Part shown: positions 1 to 7,973 of the stretch, piece after piece
Layout: the number at the start of each line of letters is the position of its first letter
How positions within the stretch are numbered: position 1 is the stretch's first letter
Source: an uncultured Deferribacteres bacterium
Lineage (GTDB): Bacteria; Zhuqueibacterota; Zhuqueibacteria; Zhuqueibacterales; Geothermadaptataceae
Direction: 5' to 3'
Length of the DNA stretch: 27,217 nt
Assembly (NCBI GenBank): GCA_964014485.1
Contig: CAXHAT010000103.1
Coordinates: 1 to 27,217, forward strand
Program-made: the position numbers and the translations under genes
Notes under the pieces: model-generated
Seen by the model: only the letters and a program-made list of their open reading frames with translations
Told to the model about the DNA's origin: nothing
Database searches by the model: none

Positions 1-2863
1 CTTTCCGCCACAAATCTATACGCTGGCGAGCTTTGCCAAAACGCTGCCGTCCCCGGCTTATAAAAAACGCATTTCCCGGCTTGAACAGAAATTGATCGTC
101 AGCTCCCTCCTGCTCGAAAGCGAATTTCAACATTTCCGCGAGGGACAATCTAACGATCTGGTGCATTTTTTCAACGAGCTCGCGGACGCCGGGCTGGATG
201 AGAAAGCTTTTGAAGACTTCAAAGCTTTTTACGAAGCGGATGTTTTCCGCGACGAATCGCACGTCGCCAAATTGACCGGGCAAGTTGCGGAACTAGAGCG
301 ACTTTACAAAGGCTACCTGCAATTCCTCGACGCCAACGGCTTGATTGATCCGCATCTCGATTTTCAACGAAGGTTGACGGAGCTTGAGAACAGCCCTGAT
401 TTGAATTTACTGCCGAACATCAAACAAATTTTCTTTCTCGGATTTTCCGAAACGAATGCAACGCAAACGGCATTCTTTCAAAAAATGCTCGATGACGAGC
501 GTGTTGAAATTTGGCTGCAGGCGGACGGCGCTTTGAGGGCAAATAAAAAAAGCGAGTTTTTCCTCAGCCGACCGTTCTTGCCGCTGGATCGTTTTCTCAA
601 AAAGCTCGATATTTCAAACAACCAGATTGCAGTTCATCCTTCACCGCAGAAGCTTTCAACAAAAACGGTCGCACTGAGACGCGCTTTTAACCACAAGTCT
701 CCGGCGCAAATCGAAGAGTACGCCGCGCTGAAAATTCACGCGGCAAACTCCCCCCTGGCAGAAGTCAAAGCGGTTGCGTCGCTGTGCCGCGAATTGATTC
801 AGCGTGACGGCGTCTCACCACACAAAATTGTTGTCGCCGTCCCGGACGAATCTTTTTACGGGGATATGGTGAGAAGCGTGTTCGAGCAAACAAAGATTCC
901 AGCCAATCTCATGCTGCACCATCGCGTCGGCGAAACAATCGGCGGGCAATTTCTTCGCTTGTTCGTCGATTTGGCGCGCTACGATTGGCGGCTGGCTGAC
1001 TTGTTGAGTTTGTTGACCAACCCTCTTGCTGACCTCTGGCTCACAGCTTCAGGCTTTTCCGAATCCGCCGTTGATTTACAGCGCAAATTACAGCGTTTTG
1101 CAATAAAGTATGACCTCCATCTTGGTTCCGCCCGGTTTATGGAAGCAGCGTATAACTCTGACAGGGTTCAGAACCCTGTCAGAGTTATAAATTCAGAGGA
1201 AGCACTTGAATTAAGCGCGTTTTTTGAGCATCTCAAAGAAACGCTCGCCCGCTTCGATTTGACCGCATCCTCCCTCCTATCGAAATGGGTTGAGCAACTC
1301 TCCGAACTCATCAAAATCGTTGGATTGGAACGTGCGGTCGCGGAACATGCCGGCGATGCTTTTGAGCTTGAAATGTTGGCGCTGCAAAAAACTTATCAAG
1401 CGCGACAACAGCTTGCGCGTATGGGCAAGCTGTTGGACACGATGCTCGACTTTTCAGAATTTAGCGCTCTGCTCAACCAGAACCTTTTCTCAACCTCAAT
1501 TCGCCCCCAAGGGCAGCCTAAAATCGGCGTGCAGGTGACTGGTTTGCGTGAGGCGACGGGTATTTCGGCAGACGCACTAATTATTCTGGGCAACGTCGAA
1601 GGCCATTTTCCAAAGCCCGTTGAGCGGGAATTGTTCATACCGGAAAAACTGCGTTCCAAACTGGACTTGGCGACATTCCGACAACGTGAAGAATTTCAGG
1701 ATCAACTTTTCTTTCAGCTCGTCGCCTCGGCGAAAGCGGCGCATCTTTTTTATCCGCGTTTTATTAACGAAACGCCGACGGTGCGCTCGCGCTACTTGCA
1801 GCGACTCGACGTTTTGCGGCGAACCGGCTTCTCATCAATTTCATTCGTCGAAGAGAACGGTCTTGCACTGCGCAGCGAATTCATGACGAACCCGATCATT
1901 CGCGATCAAAAACAGGGGCTCAAGCGCGCGTATTCTTTGTTGAAAAAAGACTCCAAAAAACGCTTCGACGAACGCGGATTATTCGAAGGCGATCTTACCT
2001 CGCTTTTTGGTCGAATGAGCGCTTCAACGATGGAAGACTTGCTTTACTGCCCCTATCGCTATCTTTTGCGACGGCTAAATTTTTCGCACAAGGAACTGCC
2101 GGACAGCTCCGCCGACAATCGCCACGTCGGCTTGTGGCTGCACACCGTCGGCGAGTTGTTTTTCAAAGGCGCTTCCACTGCACGCGACGCTGATTTGCGC
2201 GAACCCTGGCGAGACGGAATTAATGAATCCATGCAGGAACAGGCCCTGGATCGTCTGCGTCGACTGAGCCGAACTCTGCTCGACCGAGGCCGCCCGCATC
2301 TGGATTATCTTTACCACATGCACTACATCGGCTGGCCGAAATTTTTAGAGCGGGAGATGGTGCGGGAATCAGGTTGGTTTGACCGTGAGCGCTACGAGTC
2401 GCGGCTCGAAGATCACGAAGAAAACAGCGTCGAGACAAAGTCACTGACCATTTCGATCAACGGACGCATCGACAGGCTGGCCGTGATGGACGGGCGCGTC
2501 AACGTGATCGATTACAAGCTACGCCGCCCCGGCGTGCAAATTAATGCGATTGAGAAAGGCAAAGCGCCGCAATTGCCGCTTTACGTGCATCTCTTGCAAA
2601 AACAACATCCAGAGTTTGCAGATGCAGTTTGGGCCGGAGAATATTATCCGTTCTGGGACGGCGACAAAATTGAGTTCAAAGACCAACCTGCGAAGCCGCG
2701 CCTGACAGAAGCGTGGGAAAATCTCATTAAAAATTTAGACGAACGTCTGAAGATTCATTTTCAGCAAAGCGCGCCGCTGGACGCGATTGAAGACAAGCAA
2801 AAATGCATCTGGTGCGATTTCAACGGCGTTTGCAGGAGACAAGAAGAATTTTATCGGAAGTAA
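1..2863 (+). CDS. addB: AddB/RexB-like ATP-dependent helicase/nuclease subunit B with C-terminal PD-(D/E)XK nuclease (5'-partial)
   Basis: Frame is open from base 2 (FPPQIYTLASFAK...), so the TTG at 92 is not the true start. Shows degenerate helicase-like body motifs (EVKAVA, GVQVTG, LIILGNVEGHFP), RecB-family nuclease motifs (GRIDRL, VIDYK, PQLPLY) and four Fe-S staple cysteines (YCPY ... CIWCDFNGVC). Confidence 0.85.
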   Translation, partial: FPPQIYTLASFAKTLPSPAYKKRISRLEQKLIVSSLLLESEFQHFREGQSNDLVHFFNELADAGLDEKAFEDFKAFYEADVFRDESHVAKLTGQVAELERLYKGYLQFLDANGLIDPHLDFQRRLTELENSPDLNLLPNIKQIFFLGFSETNATQTAFFQKMLDDERVEIWLQADGALRANKKSEFFLSRPFLPLDRFLKKLDISNNQIAVHPSPQKLSTKTVALRRAFNHKSPAQIEEYAALKIHAANSPLAEVKAVASLCRELIQRDGVSPHKIVVAVPDESFYGDMVRSVFEQTKIPANLMLHHRVGETIGGQFLRLFVDLARYDWRLADLLSLLTNPLADLWLTASGFSESAVDLQRKLQRFAIKYDLHLGSARFMEAAYNSDRVQNPVRVINSEEALELSAFFEHLKETLARFDLTASSLLSKWVEQLSELIKIVGLERAVAEHAGDAFELEMLALQKTYQARQQLARMGKLLDTMLDFSEFSALLNQNLFSTSIRPQGQPKIGVQVTGLREATGISADALIILGNVEGHFPKPVERELFIPEKLRSKLDLATFRQREEFQDQLFFQLVASAKAAHLFYPRFINETPTVRSRYLQRLDVLRRTGFSSISFVEENGLALRSEFMTNPIIRDQKQGLKRAYSLLKKDSKKRFDERGLFEGDLTSLFGRMSASTMEDLLYCPYRYLLRRLNFSHKELPDSSADNRHVGLWLHTVGELFFKGASTARDADLREPWRDGINESMQEQALDRLRRLSRTLLDRGRPHLDYLYHMHYIGWPKFLEREMVRESGWFDRERYESRLEDHEENSVETKSLTISINGRIDRLAVMDGRVNVIDYKLRRPGVQINAIEKGKAPQLPLYVHLLQKQHPEFADAVWAGEYYPFWDGDKIEFKDQPAKPRLTEAWENLIKNLDERLKIHFQQSAPLDAIEDKQKCIWCDFNGVCRRQEEFYRK

Positions 2864-2864
2864 C

Positions 2865-3188
2865 TCAAATGACGTCGACGCCGTGCGCAAGAATCTCGTC
2901 ACGGACGAAGGGAGAATGTTCAAAATCTTCCGGAGTGTACGGATGGGTTTCGATAAGAATGTTTATATCCATTTTTTTTCTTGCGATTCGCTGATTATCA
3001 TCGAACCGAATGCCGGAAAAATCCTTTGACACTAGCGCTACGTCAATATCGCTGTATTCGGTTTCATTACCTTGAGCATATGAGCCAAACAGAATAGCAC
3101 GGTCTATATGAATATCACTGTTGTTCAGCTCATGGATCAATTTTTTTACATCCGTCATGACAGCTTTGGGAACTGCTTTTCGAGCCAT
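2865..3188 (-). CDS. Minimal nucleotidyltransferase (MNT) family protein, putative antitoxin
   Basis: Has the pol-beta motif ILFGSYAQG...YSDIDV in 107 aa. The alternative start at 3158 overlaps the HEPN stop (ATGA), suggesting translational coupling. Confidence 0.9.
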   Translation of the reverse strand: MARKAVPKAVMTDVKKLIHELNNSDIHIDRAILFGSYAQGNETEYSDIDVALVSKDFSGIRFDDNQRIARKKMDINILIETHPYTPEDFEHSPFVRDEILAHGVDVI

Positions 3189-3559
3189 TCGAAAGCCTCT
3201 TCAATTTGAGAAAAATTTTCTTTTGCGAATTCAGGCGTACACTTTTTGTAAAACGACAGTTTGTAATCGGGATAACGAGCGTCTAAATTGAATGAGTTGA
3301 ATTTATCGAATCGCATCAATTTTTCTTCATCCAAAAATATGCTCGCTTTCTTTGCGAGTCGCACTGTATCATGAATTGGAGGCGGCGTTTTGTGAGTTTT
3401 AACGACTACCAATCCCTTCAGCAATTTCTCCACACTCATGTGCCCAAAAAACAGGCAGTAATGTAAATCCTTGCCGCTTTTCAACATTCGGCGGGCCACC
3501 TCCAAGTCAGAGTTTGCAAGCTTCCGCCAATAATCAGCGTGTTCCTGAACAGTCATCAT
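3155..3559 (-). CDS. HEPN domain protein (partner of MNT)
   Basis: Typical HEPN motifs: YWRKLANSDLEVA, CLFFGHMSVEKLLKG, PPPIHD.VRLA, ARYPD. Start moved to the ATG-ATG at 3559/3556 (134 aa) because the upstream extension does not look HEPN-like. Confidence 0.88.
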   Translation of the reverse strand: MMTVQEHADYWRKLANSDLEVARRMLKSGKDLHYCLFFGHMSVEKLLKGLVVVKTHKTPPPIHDTVRLAKKASIFLDEEKLMRFDKFNSFNLDARYPDYKLSFYKKCTPEFAKENFSQIEEAFEWLEKQFPKLS

Positions 3560-3717
3560 ATAACAATTTACTGGCTTTTCTTTACTATTTACAAACATTT
3601 TTTGACCTCGGCAAGGCCAAAAAGCTTTGTTATCGAAGCATTGAATCTCTGTCATGAAAGCATTTTTTATTGGAGTTCTCAAGTTCGCATTAGAAATCTA
3701 AAAACAGGAAATTGACT

Positions 3718-5118
3718 ATGCCCGCTCGTTCAAAATTCTTGCTCTCTTTTCTCATCGCTTTGATTTCGGCGACTTCATCGAAAACCATAGCTTCGCCAAA
3801 TGATTCGACTTTGATCAAAATTTCTGATTCGATATTTGAAGAAGCGCTGACGAACGGACGCGCCTACGAAATGCTGCGCGTGCTGACGAAAGATATTGGC
3901 GCTCGTTTGAGCGGATCGCCGGAAGCGGCGGCTGCGGTTGAGTGGGGACGACAAGAGATGGAACGACAAGGTTTGGAAAATGTGCGATTGCAAGAAATCA
4001 TGGTTCCCCATTGGATACGCGGCGAGCAGGAATCGGCGATGATCGTCGGTTCAAAACTCGTCGGCAACGCGCCGCTGACGATAGCAGCGCTTGGCAGCAG
4101 CGTGGGTACGCCGGAATTGGGGCTGACAGCAGAAGTGGTCATGGTCAAATCGATGCAGGAATTGCGTGATTTGGGAGAGGCGGCGAAAGGAAAAATCGTC
4201 TTTTTCAACCGAGCGATGGACGTGACTTTGGGCAGCACTTTTTCCGCGTACGGCGGTGCGGTGGGGCAACGCGGTGGGGGCGCCGTTGAAGCGGCAAAAG
4301 CGGGCGGCGTTGCAGCACTGGTGCGCTCCATGGCGATCGGCCTCGATGATTTTCCGCACACCGGCAATATGCGTTACGCCGAGGGCGTTGAGAAAATCCC
4401 AGCGGCGGCGATTTCCACGCAAGATGCAGAGTTTTTGGCGAAAGTACTCGCACAAGAAAAAAACGTGCGCGTCAATCTGCGCTTAAGCTGCGAAACTTTG
4501 CCGGACAAGCCGTCAGCAAACGTGTTAGGCGAGCTGCGCGGCTCGGTTCGTCCGGAAGAAGTCGTCGTTATCGGCGGGCATTTAGACAGTTGGGATTTGG
4601 GCGAAGGCGCGCATGACGACGGTTCCGGCTGCGTTCAGTCCATTGAAGCGCTGCGTATTCTCAAGACGCTGGGATTGCGTCCCAAACGGACGATTCGCGC
4701 CGTGTTATTCATGAACGAAGAAAACGGCTTGCGCGGCGGGCGGGAGTATGCCAAGGCGGCTTTGGAAAACGGTGAAAAGCACTTTGCGGCGATTGAGAGC
4801 GACCGGGGCGGATTTACCCCGCGCGGCTTCGGCGCAGGCGTCGCGGACGACGCGATGTTCGAAAAGATTTCTTCTTGGAATCCGCTTTTTTCAAAGTTCG
4901 GCCCGACGCACATCATTCGCGGCGGCGGCGGCGCGGATATTGGCCCGCTCAGACCGCAGGGCACGATGACGCTCGGTCTGCTCGTAGACGATCACCGCTA
5001 TTTTGATTACCACCATTCGGCGAACGATACTTTCGACAAAGTGAGTAAGCGAGAATTGGAACTTGGTGCGGCGTTTATGGCTTTGATGGGATATTTGTTG
5101 GCAAATGAAGGACTCTGA
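3718..5118 (+). CDS. Secreted M28 family metallopeptidase (carboxypeptidase Q-like) with PA domain
   Basis: Signal peptide and Zn-ligand motifs GGHLDSWD, GAHDDG, NEENGL, IESD and YHHSANDT, with a PA insert (AKGKIVFFN). Purine-rich ACAGGAAA lies before ATG 3718; the ORF track starts at TTG 3712. Confidence 0.92.
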   Translation: MPARSKFLLSFLIALISATSSKTIASPNDSTLIKISDSIFEEALTNGRAYEMLRVLTKDIGARLSGSPEAAAAVEWGRQEMERQGLENVRLQEIMVPHWIRGEQESAMIVGSKLVGNAPLTIAALGSSVGTPELGLTAEVVMVKSMQELRDLGEAAKGKIVFFNRAMDVTLGSTFSAYGGAVGQRGGGAVEAAKAGGVAALVRSMAIGLDDFPHTGNMRYAEGVEKIPAAAISTQDAEFLAKVLAQEKNVRVNLRLSCETLPDKPSANVLGELRGSVRPEEVVVIGGHLDSWDLGEGAHDDGSGCVQSIEALRILKTLGLRPKRTIRAVLFMNEENGLRGGREYAKAALENGEKHFAAIESDRGGFTPRGFGAGVADDAMFEKISSWNPLFSKFGPTHIIRGGGGADIGPLRPQGTMTLGLLVDDHRYFDYHHSANDTFDKVSKRELELGAAFMALMGYLLANEGL

Positions 5119-5200
5119 AAAAGGCCGCCGAAGGCGCCGTTTACTTAAACACTGATGTTAAGCGCGGCAACGTACATCCTGAGTTTTGGAGCAAGCATCG

Positions 5201-5334
5201 TCTCATTAGCGCCGGGCTTCAGCCCGGTGATGCACAAAACGCTCATTTTCACCTCTTCCGCCGCGCTGGCGCGGCGGAAGAAGCGGGATAGTCGTCTTCA
5301 AAAATCTCCGCTCTTCAGAGCGGAGCTAATGAGA
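5201..5334. repeat. REP/REPIN-like composite palindromic element
   Basis: Terminal inverted repeat TCTCATTAGC(G/T)CCG at 5201-5214 and 5321-5334. Each end carries an 8-bp hairpin (CGCCGGGC-TTCA-GCCCGGTG; CTCCGCTC-TTCA-GAGCGGAG). A central perfect 13-bp hairpin lies at 5254-5281. The element sits between convergent genes. Confidence 0.75.
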
Positions 5335-5380
5335 ATCAAAAGTTGTCCTCAGACTCTGACCGCGCGTGCGCGTAACATCA

Positions 5381-5411
5381 GCTAAACAATTCCTTCGGCG
5401 TGCTGTTTAGC
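5381..5411. terminator. Possible terminator/stabilising hairpin at the 3' end of the minus-strand operon
   Basis: GCTAAACA...TGTTTAGC inverted repeat immediately after the stop of the 5414-6229 gene; no clear U-tract. Confidence 0.3.
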
Positions 5412-5413
5412 GA

Positions 5414-6229
5414 TTATTGGTAAGCTTCTACATTGACGTTTCCGTTTGTCGTTTTCAGTTCAATCTGGCCGGCGCCTTCGCCGAGCGTGCCCTCAAAGGA
5501 TTTTTGGTCGCTCACGGCGTTTTCCACAACCAAGCCGGTCACGCTTACCCGTCCGTTTCTCGTGCTTGCGTTCAAATCGGCATTGGTGCTTTCAGGGATT
5601 TTCAGATCAATTTGTCCGTTGGTGACCGAAACCTTGAATGTTCCGTCTTTCTGCAGCGCATGCCTGCCTTCGAACTGTCCGTTCACGATTTCAACATAAG
5701 CCGTTCCAGAGTTTCCGGTAAAAAAGACATTGCCGTTCGTCAGTTCAACGTCTAACGCGCCTGAGGTGTTTTCAACGGTGATTTCGCCGTTATCATCGTC
5801 CAGGAAAACGTCCCAATCAGCGGGAACGACAACGTTGTACTCAACAGTGAAATTTCTGCCTCGTCCGAGTCGAGGCTGTTCCGTCTCAACATAAATTTCA
5901 TTGTCTCGGGACTGCAAATTCACCTTCAGCTTTTCAAGATATTCTTCAGCATCAGCGGGGCTGTCGGAAGTGACTATGCGGGCGCCGGTAATTTCAACAG
6001 TCGCCGCACCAGGCGATCCAACAACCTTGATCGGGCCGTTTTTCGCATCGATGACCAGCCTCATTTGCTGCTGAATTTCTATCGAGTGTGAAAAGGATGA
6101 GCGCGCCTCAAAATCATTGTTGTTGACGTTGTCCAGGATTTCGACGTCGCAAGCGACTTGGGCGAAAGCAAACATCGTCGCGGCCAACAATAAGGCGGTT
6201 TTTGAGAATAATTGAGTTCTATTTTGCAT
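5414..6229 (-). CDS. DUF4097/adhesin-like beta-strand repeat lipoprotein
   Basis: Lipobox QVA-C; repeated xxNG turns (AKNG, DDNG, LTNG, IVNG, VTNG, TRNG, TTNG); C-terminal GTLGEGAGQIELKTTNGNVNV. RBS AAGGAG. Confidence 0.82.
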   Translation of the reverse strand: MQNRTQLFSKTALLLAATMFAFAQVACDVEILDNVNNNDFEARSSFSHSIEIQQQMRLVIDAKNGPIKVVGSPGAATVEITGARIVTSDSPADAEEYLEKLKVNLQSRDNEIYVETEQPRLGRGRNFTVEYNVVVPADWDVFLDDDNGEITVENTSGALDVELTNGNVFFTGNSGTAYVEIVNGQFEGRHALQKDGTFKVSVTNGQIDLKIPESTNADLNASTRNGRVSVTGLVVENAVSDQKSFEGTLGEGAGQIELKTTNGNVNVEAYQ

Positions 6230-6259
6230 TGTTCTTCTCCTTTTTTGTTACAGGCTTTG

Positions 6260-6991
6260 CTATTTCCGTTTCTTCAAAACCTTCACCGCTTCCTCGGCGG
6301 CCTTGTACATTTTTTCACTGTGGGAAGATGCGCAAGCGTCTTCCTTCGAATGCGTCAAAACATTCTGGTAAGCGTCTAACGCCCTTCCCGGCTGATCGAG
6401 CGCTTCGAAGGCTTTGCCAAGATAAAAGTGAATTTCCGAGCATAGTTCCGCCGAGCCGTAGTTGCTCATAATCTTGTGAAATTTCATAATCGCGTTGGGA
6501 AAAAACTCCTGTTCGCACATAGCTCGGGCGCCGTTCTTTTCCCGCACCCAAACAGGCGTATTTTTCATTGAATTCTCGTCGGCGACGACTTTTTCTTCTC
6601 CGCGAACCGAGCTGATCGATTCCACGCGATACTCATTTCCTTCGCGCGGTTCAAGCTTTTCGATTTTCTTCGAAACCAAAAAAAGGAACAATTGCCGTTC
6701 GGAAATCTTTCGCAGATCGCCAATGTCTACGACCGAATTCGAGCTCAGGGTGAACGTGTCGCCGTTTTCGAGTCGCAGAACAACCTCAGCGGCTTCAAGT
6801 GTCAGGATCGTGTCCACATCGCGCAGAATCATACCGATTTTGGCCTTGTCCCAGTGCTCGTTCAAGCCTTGTCGAATTTTGACTTCGCCGGTCATTTCAA
6901 CAATTCTTGCCTGTTCGGCAAAAACGGACGAAGCGCAAGAAACGAGGGTGAGCATTAAGAAAATTTTGTTCAGACTTTGTCGAAAATTCAT
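6260..6991 (-). CDS. Exported protein with FecR-like beta domain and C-terminal TPR
   Basis: Signal peptide ending in VFA. ARIVEMTGEVKI...WDKAKIGMILRDVDTILT...VVLRLENGDTFTLSSNSVVDI is FecR-like. HFYLGKAFEALDQPGRALDAYQNVL is a TPR. Confidence 0.7.
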   Translation of the reverse strand: MNFRQSLNKIFLMLTLVSCASSVFAEQARIVEMTGEVKIRQGLNEHWDKAKIGMILRDVDTILTLEAAEVVLRLENGDTFTLSSNSVVDIGDLRKISERQLFLFLVSKKIEKLEPREGNEYRVESISSVRGEEKVVADENSMKNTPVWVREKNGARAMCEQEFFPNAIMKFHKIMSNYGSAELCSEIHFYLGKAFEALDQPGRALDAYQNVLTHSKEDACASSHSEKMYKAAEEAVKVLKKRK

Positions 6992-7021
6992 TGTTCTCTC
7001 GCCTCAAACAATTCCGTGGTC

Positions 7022-7927
7022 TTATTTCGTTCGGACCACTTCAAAATAAGTCGTGTCAGTGACGGCGGAGCCAAAGACGCCAATGCCGTCGCCTTCAAAA
7101 TACATGACCGGCTCATGAAAATTGCCGTCCAATTCCTGCACTTCGTCGGAGGTTCTGAAAAAATCTCTGAAGTTGCGGTCGGCGGCAAACACGATGGCGC
7201 GGTAGCGGCCGTAAAACCAGACGTCGAACCAGAGAATATCGATTCCCGTTTTACCAGCGGTCAAAGGCGTGTCCTGATTCCACATATATCGGTGTGCAAA
7301 ATCCGGGAAATCATCCAACACGTCTTCGGGGTCGAATTCCTCGAAGGTATTTTCATAAATAAAAGATGCAGTGTCCGCACCAAGCGCCGACAATGACAAG
7401 GCATAAAAATCCGTGCCCGGCGACCGGTCGACAACGACCTTGAAATTTTTCAAGTTGCCGTCCGCATCACGCTCACGGTAGGTCATGTTTTCAAGCATCG
7501 AAGCAGTCGGATCAATGCCAAGCCCAGGCTGCGGGACGGTCGTTGTTGAGCGTGTGTGCAAGGCTTGCCCTTCCACTGTCGCCGAAACGTCGAGCGTGTA
7601 GCTTTTTCCGTGCTCGATCAGCAAATCATTGCCGGGGTATTCAAAGGACAGTTCGAATGGATTGAATCGCAGCGGATAATTTTTGCCGGACTCATCTTCG
7701 ATAAACGCAGTTGCGTCCGATAAAATGATCGTCTCAACATCGACTTCCGTATTCAACGGGACATTGCGCGTTATCTCGATGTTCGAGACCGCTTTTCCCG
7801 GGTAAATGTACCCTTCGACGGCAATTTTTGGTGTGTACAAATCCGACGAAATATTGACGACGCCCTCGCCGCAAGACCAAGCGAATAACGCCGCGGTCAG
7901 GAGTATATATTTTGAAGTAGTTTTCAT
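7022..7927 (-). CDS. DUF4249-family lipoprotein (TBDR-associated)
   Basis: Lipobox AWS-C; PKIAVEGYI, GKSYTLDV, STTTVP and C-terminal EGDGIGVFGS motifs; directly downstream of a TBDR. Confidence 0.8.
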   Translation of the reverse strand: MKTTSKYILLTAALFAWSCGEGVVNISSDLYTPKIAVEGYIYPGKAVSNIEITRNVPLNTEVDVETIILSDATAFIEDESGKNYPLRFNPFELSFEYPGNDLLIEHGKSYTLDVSATVEGQALHTRSTTTVPQPGLGIDPTASMLENMTYRERDADGNLKNFKVVVDRSPGTDFYALSLSALGADTASFIYENTFEEFDPEDVLDDFPDFAHRYMWNQDTPLTAGKTGIDILWFDVWFYGRYRAIVFAADRNFRDFFRTSDEVQELDGNFHEPVMYFEGDGIGVFGSAVTDTTYFEVVRTK

Positions 7928-7973
7928 TTCTATTTCCGGTTTATGTATTTATAAAATCAAGACTAACAGCGCC

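Noticed and set aside
3560..3682. N-terminal extension of the HEPN ORF
   Set aside because: Starts at TTG, is not HEPN-like and would fill the divergent promoter region.
5155..5385. 76-aa ORF after the peptidase
   Set aside because: It spans the palindromic REP-like element and has no protein features.
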